Notes under the pieces: model-generated
Seen by the model: only the letters and a program-made list of their open reading frames with translations
The model's database searches: none
Told to the model about the DNA's origin: nothing
From: Candidatus Marinacidobacterales bacterium
GTDB taxonomy: Bacteria > Acidobacteriota > Vicinamibacteria > Marinacidobacterales > DATDRI01
Length of the DNA stretch: 64,000 bases
Direction: 5' to 3'
NCBI GenBank assembly: GCA_965226495.1
Contig: OZ245365.1
Location: 2,720,001-2,784,000 of the forward strand
In this document: positions 29,861 through 40,446 of the stretch, piece after piece
How the letters are laid out: the number at the start of each line of letters is the position of its first letter
Numbering within the stretch: the stretch's first letter is position 1
Program-made: the position numbers and the translations under genes

Positions 29861-30565
29861 TTAGTCAGGGGCGGGGAAAATTTGCAGTAGGTCTTCGAAG
29901 CGTTCGATCACGCGCAGGCGCTCGTCTTCGGCCACCTCTTCGTGCTCTAGCTCCCATGTTAGAGGATGCGGAATCAAGATGGCGTTGAGTCCGGCTTTTA
30001 GCGCAGGGTTCACGTCGGAGGCAGGGCTGTTGCCCACCATCCAGGTCTTTTGCGGTTGGAGCCGGTACCGCTCGACGAGCCCACTGTAAGCGCTTGCGTC
30101 CTTTTCGGGCGTCACCTCCACGTGGTCGAAGTAAGGCGAGATACCACTGCGCTCCACCTTGCGCCATTGCTCGGGGGGGTGCCCTTTGGTGAACATGATG
30201 AGGCGGAATCGATCCCGAAGACTTACGAGTGTCGGCTTGACGCCCGGTAAAAACTCGATGGGAATGTTCGCCACGCGATCGGCCAGAGAGTCGATGACTT
30301 TCATTTCCGAGTCCGTGGCGGGGCCACCGGCCAGCGACTCTAGAGTTTCCCGCAACGACCTCGCGTAGCATTGAGAGCCGTAGCCGTAGAGCGGAACATT
30401 TTTTCTCTCCACCTCGGTAAGGCGCCGTCGCGCCGGGCCTTTGCCGCCTCCTCGAGCTTCGACGAGCTCCAGGAAATGATCCGTCGCGCTTTCGTAGAAG
30501 GTGTTGTTCTCCCAAAGGGTATCGTCGGCATCGATAATGAGCGTTTCCTCTTTGGCGGGCTTCAA
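29861..30565 (-). CDS. HAD-superfamily hydrolase
   Basis: IIDADDTLW, FTKG, MVGNSPASDVNP. Confidence 0.9.
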   Translation of the reverse strand: MKPAKEETLIIDADDTLWENNTFYESATDHFLELVEARGGGKGPARRRLTEVERKNVPLYGYGSQCYARSLRETLESLAGGPATDSEMKVIDSLADRVANIPIEFLPGVKPTLVSLRDRFRLIMFTKGHPPEQWRKVERSGISPYFDHVEVTPEKDASAYSGLVERYRLQPQKTWMVGNSPASDVNPALKAGLNAILIPHPLTWELEHEEVAEDERLRVIERFEDLLQIFPAPD

Positions 30566-30596
30566 TGTTTCCTCAGTGATCTTCCATTGGTCGAGC

Positions 30597-31442
30597 TTAT
30601 TGGTCGGGCTCGCCCGAGTTGGATGGCTTCGCGACCGCCTTGCGAGCCGCTTCGAAATGGCTTCCCATCCTGGTACTGGCTAGATCGGCGCGCGCTCCTT
30701 TGAGGCGGCGTTCCATCTCCGCGACCGCTTCCATCAGCATGTCCGCGTTACTCGAAAAAACGTCATTCCAAATAGTGGCGGAGCTCCCTGCGAGGCGAGA
30801 CAAGCTACGAAAGACAGGACCACCGAGCTCGGCACCTCGCTCCACCGACCCTGCTTGTTCGCACAAAACGAGAGCGAGGATTTGCGGTAACTGGCTGACG
30901 ACCGCAACCGCCCGATCATGTGTGGCGGCATCCACCGTAATCGGTTCGCCTCCCACTGCTCGAACAATCTCGCTGAGCTCTGAGATGCCTGTTGTTTCAT
31001 TTGACGCACTTGGGACGAGCGCCCAGGCAGCGCCTTGAAACAAATCGGGATCGGCTGCCCGCAGTCCGGAGGTGTCCTTCCCCGCCATCGGATGCCCTCC
31101 GACAAAGCGTACTTCATCGGGCAGAGCTTCGGCCGCCTTCATGACGGTTCTCTTGGTGCTCCCCAAATCCGTCACCAGGGAGCCGGAACGAAATGTCGAG
31201 GCGAGCTCACCGATATGCTCGACGATCGTCTTCACCGGTGCTCCCAAGACGACGATATCGGCGTCTCGAACCGCCTTTTCGGCGTCCACCTCCGTCTCGT
31301 CGACGACCGAAAGCTCACGAGCCTCTTCCAGAACGTCGGGTCCATCATTCCCCACCAACGTCCAGTCCGGCCGGGCGCGCTTCAACGCCATGGCCAGGGA
31401 ACCACCCATGAGCCCGAGTCCAACGATCGCAACGCGCTTCAT
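30597..31442 (-). CDS. tyrA: Prephenate/arogenate dehydrogenase
   Basis: VGLGLMGGS, TDLGSTK, GGHPMAG, HDRAVAVVSQLP. Confidence 0.92.
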   Translation of the reverse strand: MKRVAIVGLGLMGGSLAMALKRARPDWTLVGNDGPDVLEEARELSVVDETEVDAEKAVRDADIVVLGAPVKTIVEHIGELASTFRSGSLVTDLGSTKRTVMKAAEALPDEVRFVGGHPMAGKDTSGLRAADPDLFQGAAWALVPSASNETTGISELSEIVRAVGGEPITVDAATHDRAVAVVSQLPQILALVLCEQAGSVERGAELGGPVFRSLSRLAGSSATIWNDVFSSNADMLMEAVAEMERRLKGARADLASTRMGSHFEAARKAVAKPSNSGEPDQ

Positions 31443-31446
31443 TGAT

Positions 31447-32505
31447 TCATTCGGCGGGTCGACGCTCGTTCGAAAGCTCCACCGGTGAGGTCACGGAACG
31501 CCCCAGAGCGGTGGCGATAATGCGTATCTCTTTCATGAGCCCTTGGAACTGCTCGGGGTACAGAGATTGCGCGCCATCGGATAGGGCTTGATCCGGATGA
31601 TTGTGCACTTCAATGAGTAGCCCGTCGGCACCGGCGGCGATCGCCGCCCGGGCCATCGGAACGACCTTTTCCCTTCGGCCTGTGCCGTGGCTCGGATCGA
31701 CGACGATCGGCAAGTGCGAAAGCTTTTCGATGATAGGGATCGCGGATAGATCGAGTGTATTCCGGGTGTATTTTTCGAAGGTGCGAATCCCCCGCTCGCA
31801 AAGGATAACCTGATGGTTTCCTCCGACCATCACGTACTCTGCAGAGAGAAGCCATTCTTCGATGGTTGCGGAGAGACCACGCTTGAGCAATACCGGCTTG
31901 TCCACCTTCCCCAGCTCCTTGAGCATGACGAAGTTCTGCATGTTGCGGGCGCCCACCTGAAGGATGTCGACGTATTGGGAGACTACCGGAATGTGCGTCG
32001 TGTCCATGACCTCGGAGATCATGAGCATCCCGTTCTCATCCGCCGCTTCCCGTAGGTACTTCAAACCCTCTTCCCCGAGGCCCTGAAAGCTATAAGGCGA
32101 CGTCCGAGGCTTGAAGGCTCCCCCGCGGAGGAAGGTCGCTCCCATCTCCCGCACGCTCGCCGCGATCTCCCTGATCTGTTCGCGACTCTCGACCGCGCAC
32201 GGGCCAGCCATTGCCACCACCTCCGAGCCGCCGATGCTCACGTCCCCGATGCGAACGACAGTGTCTTCGCGTTTAAAGGTTCGGCCAGCGAGCTTGTAAG
32301 GCTCGCTAATCCGCACCACCTCCCGCACTCCCACCAGCACTTCGAGATCGCGAGGATCCGCCGCGGTTTTCGGAATGCCGACCGCCCCGATGACCGTTCG
32401 GGTCTCACCCGTTGAGCGATGAATGTCGTAGCCCCATTCGGTCAGACGCTCGATCACTTCTTGGATCTCCGTCTCTTTGGCTGTGTGCTCCATTATGATG
32501 ACCAT
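31447..32505 (-). CDS. aroF: DAHP synthase, type I-beta with N-terminal regulatory domain
   Basis: AGPCAVES, GGAFKPRTSPYSFQG, GARNMQNF, CERGIRTF, DPSHGTG. Confidence 0.96.
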   Translation of the reverse strand: MVIIMEHTAKETEIQEVIERLTEWGYDIHRSTGETRTVIGAVGIPKTAADPRDLEVLVGVREVVRISEPYKLAGRTFKREDTVVRIGDVSIGGSEVVAMAGPCAVESREQIREIAASVREMGATFLRGGAFKPRTSPYSFQGLGEEGLKYLREAADENGMLMISEVMDTTHIPVVSQYVDILQVGARNMQNFVMLKELGKVDKPVLLKRGLSATIEEWLLSAEYVMVGGNHQVILCERGIRTFEKYTRNTLDLSAIPIIEKLSHLPIVVDPSHGTGRREKVVPMARAAIAAGADGLLIEVHNHPDQALSDGAQSLYPEQFQGLMKEIRIIATALGRSVTSPVELSNERRPAE

Positions 32506-32519
32506 GCTCTTCCTACCTC

Positions 32520-32894
32520 CTACTTTTTCACTGTTTTGCGACTGGGCTTTTTCTTTTTTCGGGCACCGGACGATGTCTTCCTCGGCTTGGCACTTTCCAG
32601 CTTAGGGCCCTCACTGCAAACAACTCGCTCCGTGCTTCTCGACTCGTCGATGATGCGCTCGAAGAGGCGGCGAACCGACTCTTCGTTTAACGGCCCCTCG
32701 TTCGCGTTCGTGACCCGCTTGAGGATCAGAACCTCGCGGCTCGGCACGTAGATCTCCATGTTGTTCGCCCGCTTAATCCAACCGATCTCGATCGAGCACT
32801 TCGCCCGCTGGTTCAACAACACCAACAGTCGATCGTCGACGGCGTCGATCTTCCGGCGCCAGCCGTTGACCGCACTTTTTACTTTGCTTCCCAT
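32520..32894 (-). CDS. Chorismate mutase (AroQ type)
   Basis: RRKIDAVDDRLLVLLNQR...IG.IK...PSRE...FERIIDESR. Confidence 0.9.
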   Translation of the reverse strand: MGSKVKSAVNGWRRKIDAVDDRLLVLLNQRAKCSIEIGWIKRANNMEIYVPSREVLILKRVTNANEGPLNEESVRRLFERIIDESRSTERVVCSEGPKLESAKPRKTSSGARKKKKPSRKTVKK

Positions 32895-32895
32895 T

Positions 32896-33522
32896 TCAAC
32901 GCCTTCGTCTCTTCAGCTCCTCGCCTACTGCGGCCGGGGACACCCCCGCTTGTTCCCACAGCACGAGCAGGTGATAAAGAAGATCGGCAGACTCCCGGCA
33001 AAGTTCGTCGGCGTCGTTGTTCTTCGCCGCGATGATCACTTCGGCGGCTTCTTCCCCCACCTTCTTCGCGATGCGGTCCACACCCCCATCGAAGAGGCGG
33101 GCAGTATACGAGCCCTTGGGCCGTGTTTGGTGTCGGTCGCGAATGAGCTCCGACAGCTCGCCTATCGTTTCAGAAAACACGGTTTCACCGGGATTGTCAG
33201 CATCGGACAGTAATGGAGTGAAGAAGCAACTGGTTTGCCCAGTGTGACACGCCGGCCCCTCTGGTTGGACACGCACGAGCAAACAGTCTTGATCGCAATC
33301 GGCTATCACTTCGACGACCTTCATCACGTGGCCCGACGTCGCTCCTTTTCGCCACAACTCGTTGCGGCTTCTTGACCAAAAGTGAACGGCACCGGTCTCG
33401 AGCGTCTTGTCGAGGCTCTCTTGGTTCATGAAGGCGACCATCAACACGCGGCCACTCGTCGCATTCTGAACCACGGCGGGTATGAGGCCCCGGTCATCGA
33501 ACTGGACGGTCTTTTTTGACAT
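32896..33522 (-). CDS. hisIE: Bifunctional phosphoribosyl-AMP cyclohydrolase / phosphoribosyl-ATP diphosphatase
   Basis: WRKGATSG, DCDQD, ACHTG.TSCF, KKVGEEAAE, ADLLYH. Confidence 0.96.
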   Translation of the reverse strand: MSKKTVQFDDRGLIPAVVQNATSGRVLMVAFMNQESLDKTLETGAVHFWSRSRNELWRKGATSGHVMKVVEVIADCDQDCLLVRVQPEGPACHTGQTSCFFTPLLSDADNPGETVFSETIGELSELIRDRHQTRPKGSYTARLFDGGVDRIAKKVGEEAAEVIIAAKNNDADELCRESADLLYHLLVLWEQAGVSPAAVGEELKRRRR

Positions 33523-33529
33523 CGGCTGC

Positions 33530-34312
33530 TCAGTTCCTTAGAGATCTGGACGATTGGGTTAGGCGGACTGGAACTCCGCGCTCAGCCAAGAATTTTTTAG
33601 CCTCGCGGACGCGATAGGTCCCGAAGTGAAAGACGGAAGCGGCAAGGACCGCGCTAGCCCTGCCTTCGGTCAACGCCTCCTCGAGGTGTTCGAGCGTTCC
33701 GCAGCCTCCGGAGGCAATGACCGGAACGGAGACTCCTTCGGCGATGGCGCGCGTGAGCCCTATGTCATAGCCCTCCTGCGTGCCGTCACGATCCATGCTC
33801 GTCAACAGAATCTCTCCCGCCCCCAGTTCCTCCGCCCGTTTCGCCCAGTCAACGGCATCGATCCCGGTCGGCGTCCGGCCACCGTGAATGAACACTTCGA
33901 ATCCATCGTTTCTCCGTTTTGCATCGATGGCAAGCACTATGCATTGTTTCCCGAACCTCTGGGCGCCCTCGTTGAGTAGCTCAGGCTCTTTCACCGCCGC
34001 CGTATTGATGGCGACCTTATCCGCCCCCGCTTCCAGAATGGATTTCATGTCATCCACCGTTCGAATACCACCCCCCACGGTAAAGGGGATGGTCAGAGTG
34101 TCGGCGACCCGCTCCACCATGCGACGCTGGATGGCTCGCTTCTCGTGTGAGGCGGTGATGTCCAAGAAGACGAGCTCGTCTGCTTCTTCTTCGTCGTAAC
34201 GCGATCCCGCCTCCACGGGATCTCCAGCGTCCACGATATCAACAAAACGCACGCCCTTGACCACGCGTCCCTGGTCGACGTCCAAGCAAGGAATGATCCG
34301 CTTGGCCAACAT
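33530..34312 (-). CDS. hisF: Imidazole glycerol phosphate synthase, cyclase subunit
   Basis: [12 protein letters not shown] (true start 34312), [25 protein letters not shown]. Confidence 0.97.
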   Translation of the reverse strand: MLAKRIIPCLDVDQGRVVKGVRFVDIVDAGDPVEAGSRYDEEEADELVFLDITASHEKRAIQRRMVERVADTLTIPFTVGGGIRTVDDMKSILEAGADKVAINTAAVKEPELLNEGAQRFGKQCIVLAIDAKRRNDGFEVFIHGGRTPTGIDAVDWAKRAEELGAGEILLTSMDRDGTQEGYDIGLTRAIAEGVSVPVIASGGCGTLEHLEEALTEGRASAVLAASVFHFGTYRVREAKKFLAERGVPVRLTQSSRSLRN

Positions 34313-34313
34313 C

Positions 34314-35045
34314 TCAACCCGAACCCGTTCCTGCGGCGATGGCGTCTGCGAGCGTAAAGACCTTGTCATAGAGCGCACGACCGACGATGACCGCTTCCAC
34401 GCCGTCTGTCCGTGCCGGCCCAAGGCGAAGAAGATCTTCCAGCGACCCGATTCCACCCGAAGCGATGACGCGCGCTCCGGTTTCCTTAGCGAAGTGCCTT
34501 ACGCCGTCGACGTTGGGCCCAGTGAGAACGCCGTCCCGTGAGATGTCGGTGTAGATGAAACGGCGAGCACCTTCTTCCACCCATCGCTTCCCGAGCTCGA
34601 CGGGTCCGAGCGCCGAATCCTGCTCCCAACCGCGAATCGATACTTTGCCTTTCCTCACGTCGACCCCGATAGCGACCGCGTGAGGAGCGATCGTGAGCGC
34701 CTGTTTCACGACCGAAGGACTCTCGACTGCCGCAGTGCCGAACACCACACGCGTCGCTCCCGCTTTCATCAGCCACTCGAAGTCCGCTATGTCCCGAACT
34801 CCACCTCCAACCTGTACGGGGGTTTGGACCGCGCCGAGTATTTCTCGAATGGCGGAGCGATTCCCTCCCGGGCCATCGAATGCGGCATCGAGATCGACGA
34901 TGTGGAGGAGCTCCGCTCCTTGAGCCTGCCAAGCCAGGGCGACTTCCGTTGGATCGTCACCGTACACAGTTTCGGTTCCGCGCTCGCCCCGCACCAGCCG
35001 TACGCAGCGTCCCCCTTCGATGTCGATCGCCGGAATGATGGTCAT
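34314..35045 (-). CDS. hisA: ProFAR isomerase
   Basis: [37 protein letters not shown]. Confidence 0.96.
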   Translation of the reverse strand: MTIIPAIDIEGGRCVRLVRGERGTETVYGDDPTEVALAWQAQGAELLHIVDLDAAFDGPGGNRSAIREILGAVQTPVQVGGGVRDIADFEWLMKAGATRVVFGTAAVESPSVVKQALTIAPHAVAIGVDVRKGKVSIRGWEQDSALGPVELGKRWVEEGARRFIYTDISRDGVLTGPNVDGVRHFAKETGARVIASGGIGSLEDLLRLGPARTDGVEAVIVGRALYDKVFTLADAIAAGTGSG

Positions 35046-35077
35046 CGCGTCACCAGGTGTCGCCACTTGCCATGATT

Positions 35078-35689
35078 TCAAAGCGCCCGCCAGTAATTCG
35101 TCAGCACTCTTAGCCCAAGCTGCTGACTCTTCTCGGGATGGAACTGGATCCCTGCCACTCGATCTCTACTGGCCACCGAACAAAACGATACTTCGTAGTC
35201 GGTCTTCGCCTTGACCGCATCGCCTCCGTCTGGCTCAACGTAGTACGAGTGCAGGAAGTAAAAATAGTCGCCGGTCTCGACTCCCTCGAGAAGTGGGGCC
35301 GCCCCGTGGAGCTCGAGCTGGTTCCAACCAATATGGGGGACGGGACGTTGGGTCGAGAAGCGACGGACCTGTCCGGGAAGCAGGCCGAGCCCCGACACGC
35401 CGGGGGCTTCCTCGCTGCCGTCGAAAAGCAATTGGAACCCGACACAGATGCCTAGGAGTGTCGCGCCCTCCTCGAGGGCTTCCCTCAGGGGAGCCTCGAG
35501 TCCTCGGTCTCGAAGGTTTCGCATCGCCTCTCCGAAGTGTCCGACCCCGGGGAGGACCAGTTGCTTGGCGAGGCGGATCTCCTCGCGATCGGCGGAGAGC
35601 TTGCTCGGTGCACCGATGCGCTCAAAGGCACGCGCGACGCTCCCCAAATTACCGACGCCGTAGTCGACGACGATCAGATTCTCCGGCAT
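35078..35689 (-). CDS. hisH: Imidazole glycerol phosphate synthase, glutaminase subunit
   Basis: DYGVGNL, LPGVG, GICVG, QFHPEKS. Confidence 0.96.
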   Translation of the reverse strand: MPENLIVVDYGVGNLGSVARAFERIGAPSKLSADREEIRLAKQLVLPGVGHFGEAMRNLRDRGLEAPLREALEEGATLLGICVGFQLLFDGSEEAPGVSGLGLLPGQVRRFSTQRPVPHIGWNQLELHGAAPLLEGVETGDYFYFLHSYYVEPDGGDAVKAKTDYEVSFCSVASRDRVAGIQFHPEKSQQLGLRVLTNYWRAL

Positions 35690-35702
35690 GTGCTAGTCCC
35701 TG

Positions 35703-36293
35703 CTAATCTTGGAGTGTTCCTTTGGTCGACGGAACCGAGGAGCCTCCCGTTCGGCGGACCGCTTCGCGAAGTGACCGAGCGAAACCCTTGAAGACGGTTT
35801 CTATGATGTGGTGGTTGTTGTCCCCGTGAAGCGATTCGACGTGGAGAGTCAATCGAGCGCGCTCGGACAAAGCCCGAAAAAAATCCTGGAAGAGCTCGGT
35901 TGGAAAGTCTCCCACCCGATCAGAAGTGAAACGCACTCTCCAGCTCAGGTAGGGACGGCCCGAAAGATCCACCACGACTCGGGCGAGCGCCTCGTCAAGA
36001 GGAACGAATGCGGATCCAAAACGGTTGACTCCCGTTTTGTCACCGAGCGCTTCCTCCAAGCAATCACCGAGGACCAGCCCAACATCTTCCACCGTATGGT
36101 GGAAGTCCACGCGCAGATCGCCTTTCGCTTGCACTGACAGATCGAGGCTTCCGTGGTGAGCCAGCAGCTCCAGCATGTGATCGAGAAAACCGATCCCGGT
36201 ATCCACATCGGCCTTGCCGCTACCGTCCACGGTCAGCTGAACTGCGACCTGGGTCTCTTTGGTCGAGCGTTTCTTCTGGGCGGTTCGATTCAT
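35703..36293 (-). CDS. hisB: Imidazoleglycerol-phosphate dehydratase
   Basis: TGIGFLDHML, HHTVED, NNHHIIE, PSTKG. Confidence 0.96.
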   Translation of the reverse strand: MNRTAQKKRSTKETQVAVQLTVDGSGKADVDTGIGFLDHMLELLAHHGSLDLSVQAKGDLRVDFHHTVEDVGLVLGDCLEEALGDKTGVNRFGSAFVPLDEALARVVVDLSGRPYLSWRVRFTSDRVGDFPTELFQDFFRALSERARLTLHVESLHGDNNHHIIETVFKGFARSLREAVRRTGGSSVPSTKGTLQD

Positions 36294-37396
36294 CGAAGCT
36301 CCTCCACCGTTTCGCAAAGAGCGTTTAGGAATTTTTGGTTCTCATCGGGCCGACCCACTGTCACCCTGAGCGCCCGGCTCAGGCTTGGGCTTGGGCTCGA
36401 GCTCAAGTTACGAACCAAGACGCCTCGGGCCAGCAAACCGTCGAACACCCGTGTCGCGCCGGCGTCGCAATCGAATAAGATGAAGTTGGCCTCCGACGGA
36501 TAGGGGTGAACGCCGTCCAGGTCGCCCAGCTTGCTATAGAGCGCATCCCTTTCTTCCACGATCACCTTGGCTTGCTTCCGGATGAGTCCGTAATGATCAC
36601 AGACCGCGAGGGCCACGGCGCGTGAGAAACCGTTCAGCGCATACGGCAGTTGTGCTTTCTCGACCTCTTCCGCGAGCTCCGGCGCCGCGAGCAAGTAGCC
36701 AATCCGGAGGCCCGCCAGTCCCATGGCCTTAGAAAAGGTGCGCGACAAGACCATGTGCGGATACCGGGGCAGCAGCTCCCTCGCGGCCGAGCCGCCGAAC
36801 TCGAAGTACGCCTCGTCCACGACCAAGATGCCTAAACATTCCTTGGCGATTCGCTCGATTTCCACTGTGCTGAGTGAGGAACCGGTGGGATTGTTGGGAG
36901 AGCACAAGAACACTAGTGAAGGCTTCGTCTCTCTCATCGCCCGGAGGAAAGCGTCAACGTCGTAGGTGTGATCCGCCCTCAAAGGAACTTCGACCATATC
37001 CGCACCCAGCATTCGACTGACGTAGCTGTACACGATGAAGGACGGAGTCGGGAAGACAACGCTTCGACCCCGCTCGAGCGTCGAGAGGGCTAGCATATGG
37101 AGTAGCTCGTTCGATCCATTCCCCACCAATACTCCATCGACCGGCCAGTCATTGAGCTTGCCCAGGGCGCTTTTGAGGTCGGCCGCTTGTACGGGTGGGT
37201 ATCGGTTGAGAGCTAGTCGAGATAGCGCGTCTCGAATGGCTCTTCCGATCGCCTCCGGCGGCTCATAGCTGTTTTCGTTCTGGTCGAGCTTGACCAATGC
37301 CGCGTGTGGCTCGAGTCGGTAGGCCCGGATCGATCGGACCTCGGGTCGCAAACGGCCCAGAAGCGGTCCCGCCAGATCTTTTTCGCCGCTTATCAT
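36290..37396 (-). CDS. hisC: Histidinol-phosphate aminotransferase
   Basis: KLDQNE, GNGSNE, CSPNNPTG, DEAY, RTFSKAMGLAGLRIG. Confidence 0.96.
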   Translation of the reverse strand: MISGEKDLAGPLLGRLRPEVRSIRAYRLEPHAALVKLDQNENSYEPPEAIGRAIRDALSRLALNRYPPVQAADLKSALGKLNDWPVDGVLVGNGSNELLHMLALSTLERGRSVVFPTPSFIVYSYVSRMLGADMVEVPLRADHTYDVDAFLRAMRETKPSLVFLCSPNNPTGSSLSTVEIERIAKECLGILVVDEAYFEFGGSAARELLPRYPHMVLSRTFSKAMGLAGLRIGYLLAAPELAEEVEKAQLPYALNGFSRAVALAVCDHYGLIRKQAKVIVEERDALYSKLGDLDGVHPYPSEANFILFDCDAGATRVFDGLLARGVLVRNLSSSPSPSLSRALRVTVGRPDENQKFLNALCETVEELR

Positions 37397-38685
37397 TCGG
37401 AGAACCTCGTGGCGATCGATCGAGCGTGGGCCTCGAACCCCTCAGCGCGAGCAAAGGCTTCGATGTCGTTTCGGTCACGCGACAATTTCTCGCGACTATA
37501 ACGAATCAGACTCGATCGCTTGATGAAATCATAGACACCCAGCGGCGACGCGAACCGCGCCGTACCCCCGGTCGGTAGAACATGGTTTGGACCCGCGTAG
37601 AAGTCACCAACCGGGACCGGCGAGCTCGCCCCGATGAAGATGGCTCCTGCGTTTTTGACGCGTTGCGCTAGCGCTTCTGCGCCGTCGGCCATAATCTCGA
37701 GGTGCTCAGGGGCCAATTTGTCGACCAAACCCAATCCCTGTTCCAGATCGGCAACCAATACCGCGGCCCCGTGTTTCTCGAGCACGGTGCGGATCATCGC
37801 AGCGCGAGGGAGGTCTTCCATCTGCTTGGTCATCTCGTCTCTCACGGCGTCGATCAGCTCGCGGGACGTGGTGACCAGAATGGCTCGCTCGTCTCCCGAA
37901 CCGTGCTCGGCCTGAGAAAGTAGATCGGCGGCGACGTAGCTTGGATCGGCCCCGCTGTCCGCAAGAACGATGATCTCGCTCGGTCCGGCGAGAGAATCGA
38001 TTCCTACCACGCCGTAGAGGAGCCTTTTCGCGGTCGTGACGTAGGCATTGCCGGGCCCGACGATCTTATCCACGCGCGGGACCGACGACGTGCCGTAGGC
38101 CATGGCGGCCACAGCCTGTGCGCCACCGATGCGAAACACCTCGTTCAGTCCAAGATATTCGATCGCTGCGGCAAGCGCAGGTGAACGCTCGATCGTACCT
38201 GGCGGCGTGCAGACGATGATTCTTCGCACACCGGCGATCTGCGCTGGTACCGTATTCATAATGAGAGTCGAGGGGTAGACCGCCTCCCCTCCCGGCACGT
38301 AAACGCCGACCGTATCGAGGGCACCGATCTTTTGCCCCAGGAGGCTGCCGTCTTCGAGCTCGACGCTCCAGCTCGCTTCCTTTTGCCGCTCGTGGAAGCT
38401 ACGGATGTTCTTCGCGGCATTTGCCAATACCGACCGAATCCCATCAGTAGCCTTGGCAGCTTCGGCGGAGATCTGCCGCGCATCCACTCGCAGTTCGGTT
38501 GGGGTCAAGCGAGCGCCGTCCAGCCGCTCGGCAAGCTCGACCAGCGCGTCATCCCCCTCGGATCGTACGAGTCGTATGATCTCTTCGACACGTGTGAGAA
38601 CCTCAGGGGACGCCACGCCCGCAACCGAGAGGTCGTCTCCACGTTCGGCGAGGAAGGCGTCCTGATTCTCGAACACCCGAATCAT
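37393..38685 (-). CDS. hisD: Histidinol dehydrogenase
   Basis: GVYVPGG, KIVGPGNAYV, AGPSE, SQAEHG, APEHLE, GPNHVLPT. Confidence 0.97.
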   Translation of the reverse strand: MIRVFENQDAFLAERGDDLSVAGVASPEVLTRVEEIIRLVRSEGDDALVELAERLDGARLTPTELRVDARQISAEAAKATDGIRSVLANAAKNIRSFHERQKEASWSVELEDGSLLGQKIGALDTVGVYVPGGEAVYPSTLIMNTVPAQIAGVRRIIVCTPPGTIERSPALAAAIEYLGLNEVFRIGGAQAVAAMAYGTSSVPRVDKIVGPGNAYVTTAKRLLYGVVGIDSLAGPSEIIVLADSGADPSYVAADLLSQAEHGSGDERAILVTTSRELIDAVRDEMTKQMEDLPRAAMIRTVLEKHGAAVLVADLEQGLGLVDKLAPEHLEIMADGAEALAQRVKNAGAIFIGASSPVPVGDFYAGPNHVLPTGGTARFASPLGVYDFIKRSSLIRYSREKLSRDRNDIEAFARAEGFEAHARSIATRFSE

Positions 38686-39320
38686 TACTCCACCTCGCTG
38701 GCCAAAGACGAAACGAATTCTCCCAAGACCCGCCCCTTGAGCCGAAAGCTGGCCCGATTGATGATGAGCCTCGCCGTGCTCTCGAAGAGCACTTCATCGA
38801 TCTCCAGTCCGTTGGCCGCCATGGTCTTCCCGGTTTGTACGAGGTCGACGATGCAGTCCGCCAATCCCAAAACCGGGGCGAGCTCGACCGAGCCGGAAAG
38901 GATAATCACTTCTACCGGAATTCCTTGACCATGGAAGTAGCGAGAAGCGACTTCGGGATACTTCGTCGCGACTCTCACCAACGGTAGATCCCGGTAGCCC
39001 CCGGGTCGCTGATTCTGGTGACGCGCCACGACCATCTGACAACGACCAATTCTCAGGTCGAGCGGCTGATAAACATCCGGGTTGGTCTCGGCCAACACAT
39101 CGTTCCCGACGATGCCGGCATCGACCACACCGTGCTCGACGTAAGTCGGAACGTCGCGATCCTTGACGAGCACCGACGACTGATCCCGTCCGTTTGAAAC
39201 GTGTAACTTCCTGGCCTCCCGCACGTCGTCCGGAAGTGCGAAGCCAGAGCGCGTAAGAAGCTCGACGGTTTCGTCAAAGATCCTGCCGGTGGGAAGCGCG
39301 AGGCGTATTGCGGTCGTCAA
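38685..39320 (-). CDS. hisG: ATP phosphoribosyltransferase, short form
   Basis: DVPTYVEHG, VATKYP, GSVELAP, IVDLVQTGKTM; 211 aa. Confidence 0.96.
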   Translation of the reverse strand: MTTAIRLALPTGRIFDETVELLTRSGFALPDDVREARKLHVSNGRDQSSVLVKDRDVPTYVEHGVVDAGIVGNDVLAETNPDVYQPLDLRIGRCQMVVARHQNQRPGGYRDLPLVRVATKYPEVASRYFHGQGIPVEVIILSGSVELAPVLGLADCIVDLVQTGKTMAANGLEIDEVLFESTARLIINRASFRLKGRVLGEFVSSLASEVE

Positions 39321-40396
39321 CCTAACCTCACCTTCTCTCCCTTTTGTCTGAGTTCCATCGCTTCCCCGAGGGCTCGCGCTGGTTCTTTCTCGAGCGTGAT
39401 GGTCCTCGGTGTTTGTTCGGGCGAAAGTCTTTCTTCGTCGACCTTGTGCGCCAGGCGATCGAGAGACAGGGAAAAGCCAACCGCTGGATGCGCTACACCG
39501 AACTTCGTCAGGAGGGAGTCGTAACGACCGCCTCCTCCGAGCTCCAGTCCAGTGCCCGGGGCATGGAGCTCGAAAATCATTCCCGTGTAGTAATCAAAAT
39601 CTCGAACCTCGCCGAGATCAAATTGGATCCGCTCTCCGAAGCCAAGAGTGTACAGCTCCTTGGAGATGGCCTCGAGCCGCTCCAAAGCGGCTTGGCTCTC
39701 CGGCCGAGTGGCAACGGACTGTGCGCGTTCGAGGATCTCGGGTCCGCCGAACAGACGCATCGCTTCTAAGACCGCGGCCGGCACCTCTTTTCCCAGAACG
39801 CTACCGGCGCGATCGGCGTTTCGAGCTCGCATGGCCTCTAGGAGCTCCGGCTGAAGGTCGGGTGGCACCTCCGAATCCTCGAGCACACCGACCAAGAAGC
39901 CTGCATGCCCGAGCGTCAGAACGGCGTCGTTCACACCCAGTCGCCCCAGCGCCTCGAAGGCCACGAGCAGCACTTCCAAATCGGCGGCCAATCCATTGCC
40001 GATGTGCTCTAGACCGATTTGGAAGAGCTCCTTTTGCTGTCCCGCCTTGGGAGGTTGGTACCTGAGGACTTCGCCACTGTAGAAGAGTCGCAATGGCAAG
40101 GAACGGTCTTGCATCCGAGATGCAACGACTTTGGCCACCAGTGCCGTGAAATCGGGCCGGAGCGCCAACAACTCCCCTTCCCGCCCGATGAAACGGTAAA
40201 TGTGCTCGGCGAAACTCGGCCCCCCGGCGCGAGCAAAGACTTCGTAGTAATCGAAGAGCGGAACGATCACCTCTTCGTACGACCAGCCGGAAAAAACGTC
40301 ACCTACCACCCGCTCCACTTGCTTGCGAAGCCGCGCCTCACGCCCGTAGAAGCACTGCACTCCTGAGGGTATTTGTAAATTTGAACGCTGATTCAT
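39317..40396 (-). CDS. hisZ: ATP phosphoribosyltransferase regulatory subunit
   Basis: LALRPDFT, RLFYSGEVLR, QIGLE, YYTG, GGGRYD; adjacent to short hisG. Confidence 0.93.
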   Translation of the reverse strand: MNQRSNLQIPSGVQCFYGREARLRKQVERVVGDVFSGWSYEEVIVPLFDYYEVFARAGGPSFAEHIYRFIGREGELLALRPDFTALVAKVVASRMQDRSLPLRLFYSGEVLRYQPPKAGQQKELFQIGLEHIGNGLAADLEVLLVAFEALGRLGVNDAVLTLGHAGFLVGVLEDSEVPPDLQPELLEAMRARNADRAGSVLGKEVPAAVLEAMRLFGGPEILERAQSVATRPESQAALERLEAISKELYTLGFGERIQFDLGEVRDFDYYTGMIFELHAPGTGLELGGGGRYDSLLTKFGVAHPAVGFSLSLDRLAHKVDEERLSPEQTPRTITLEKEPARALGEAMELRQKGEKVRLG

Positions 40397-40446
40397 ATTG
40401 CCTGCCGCATTAGCATATGGCCTTATTGGGGGTCAGATCCGGCGTC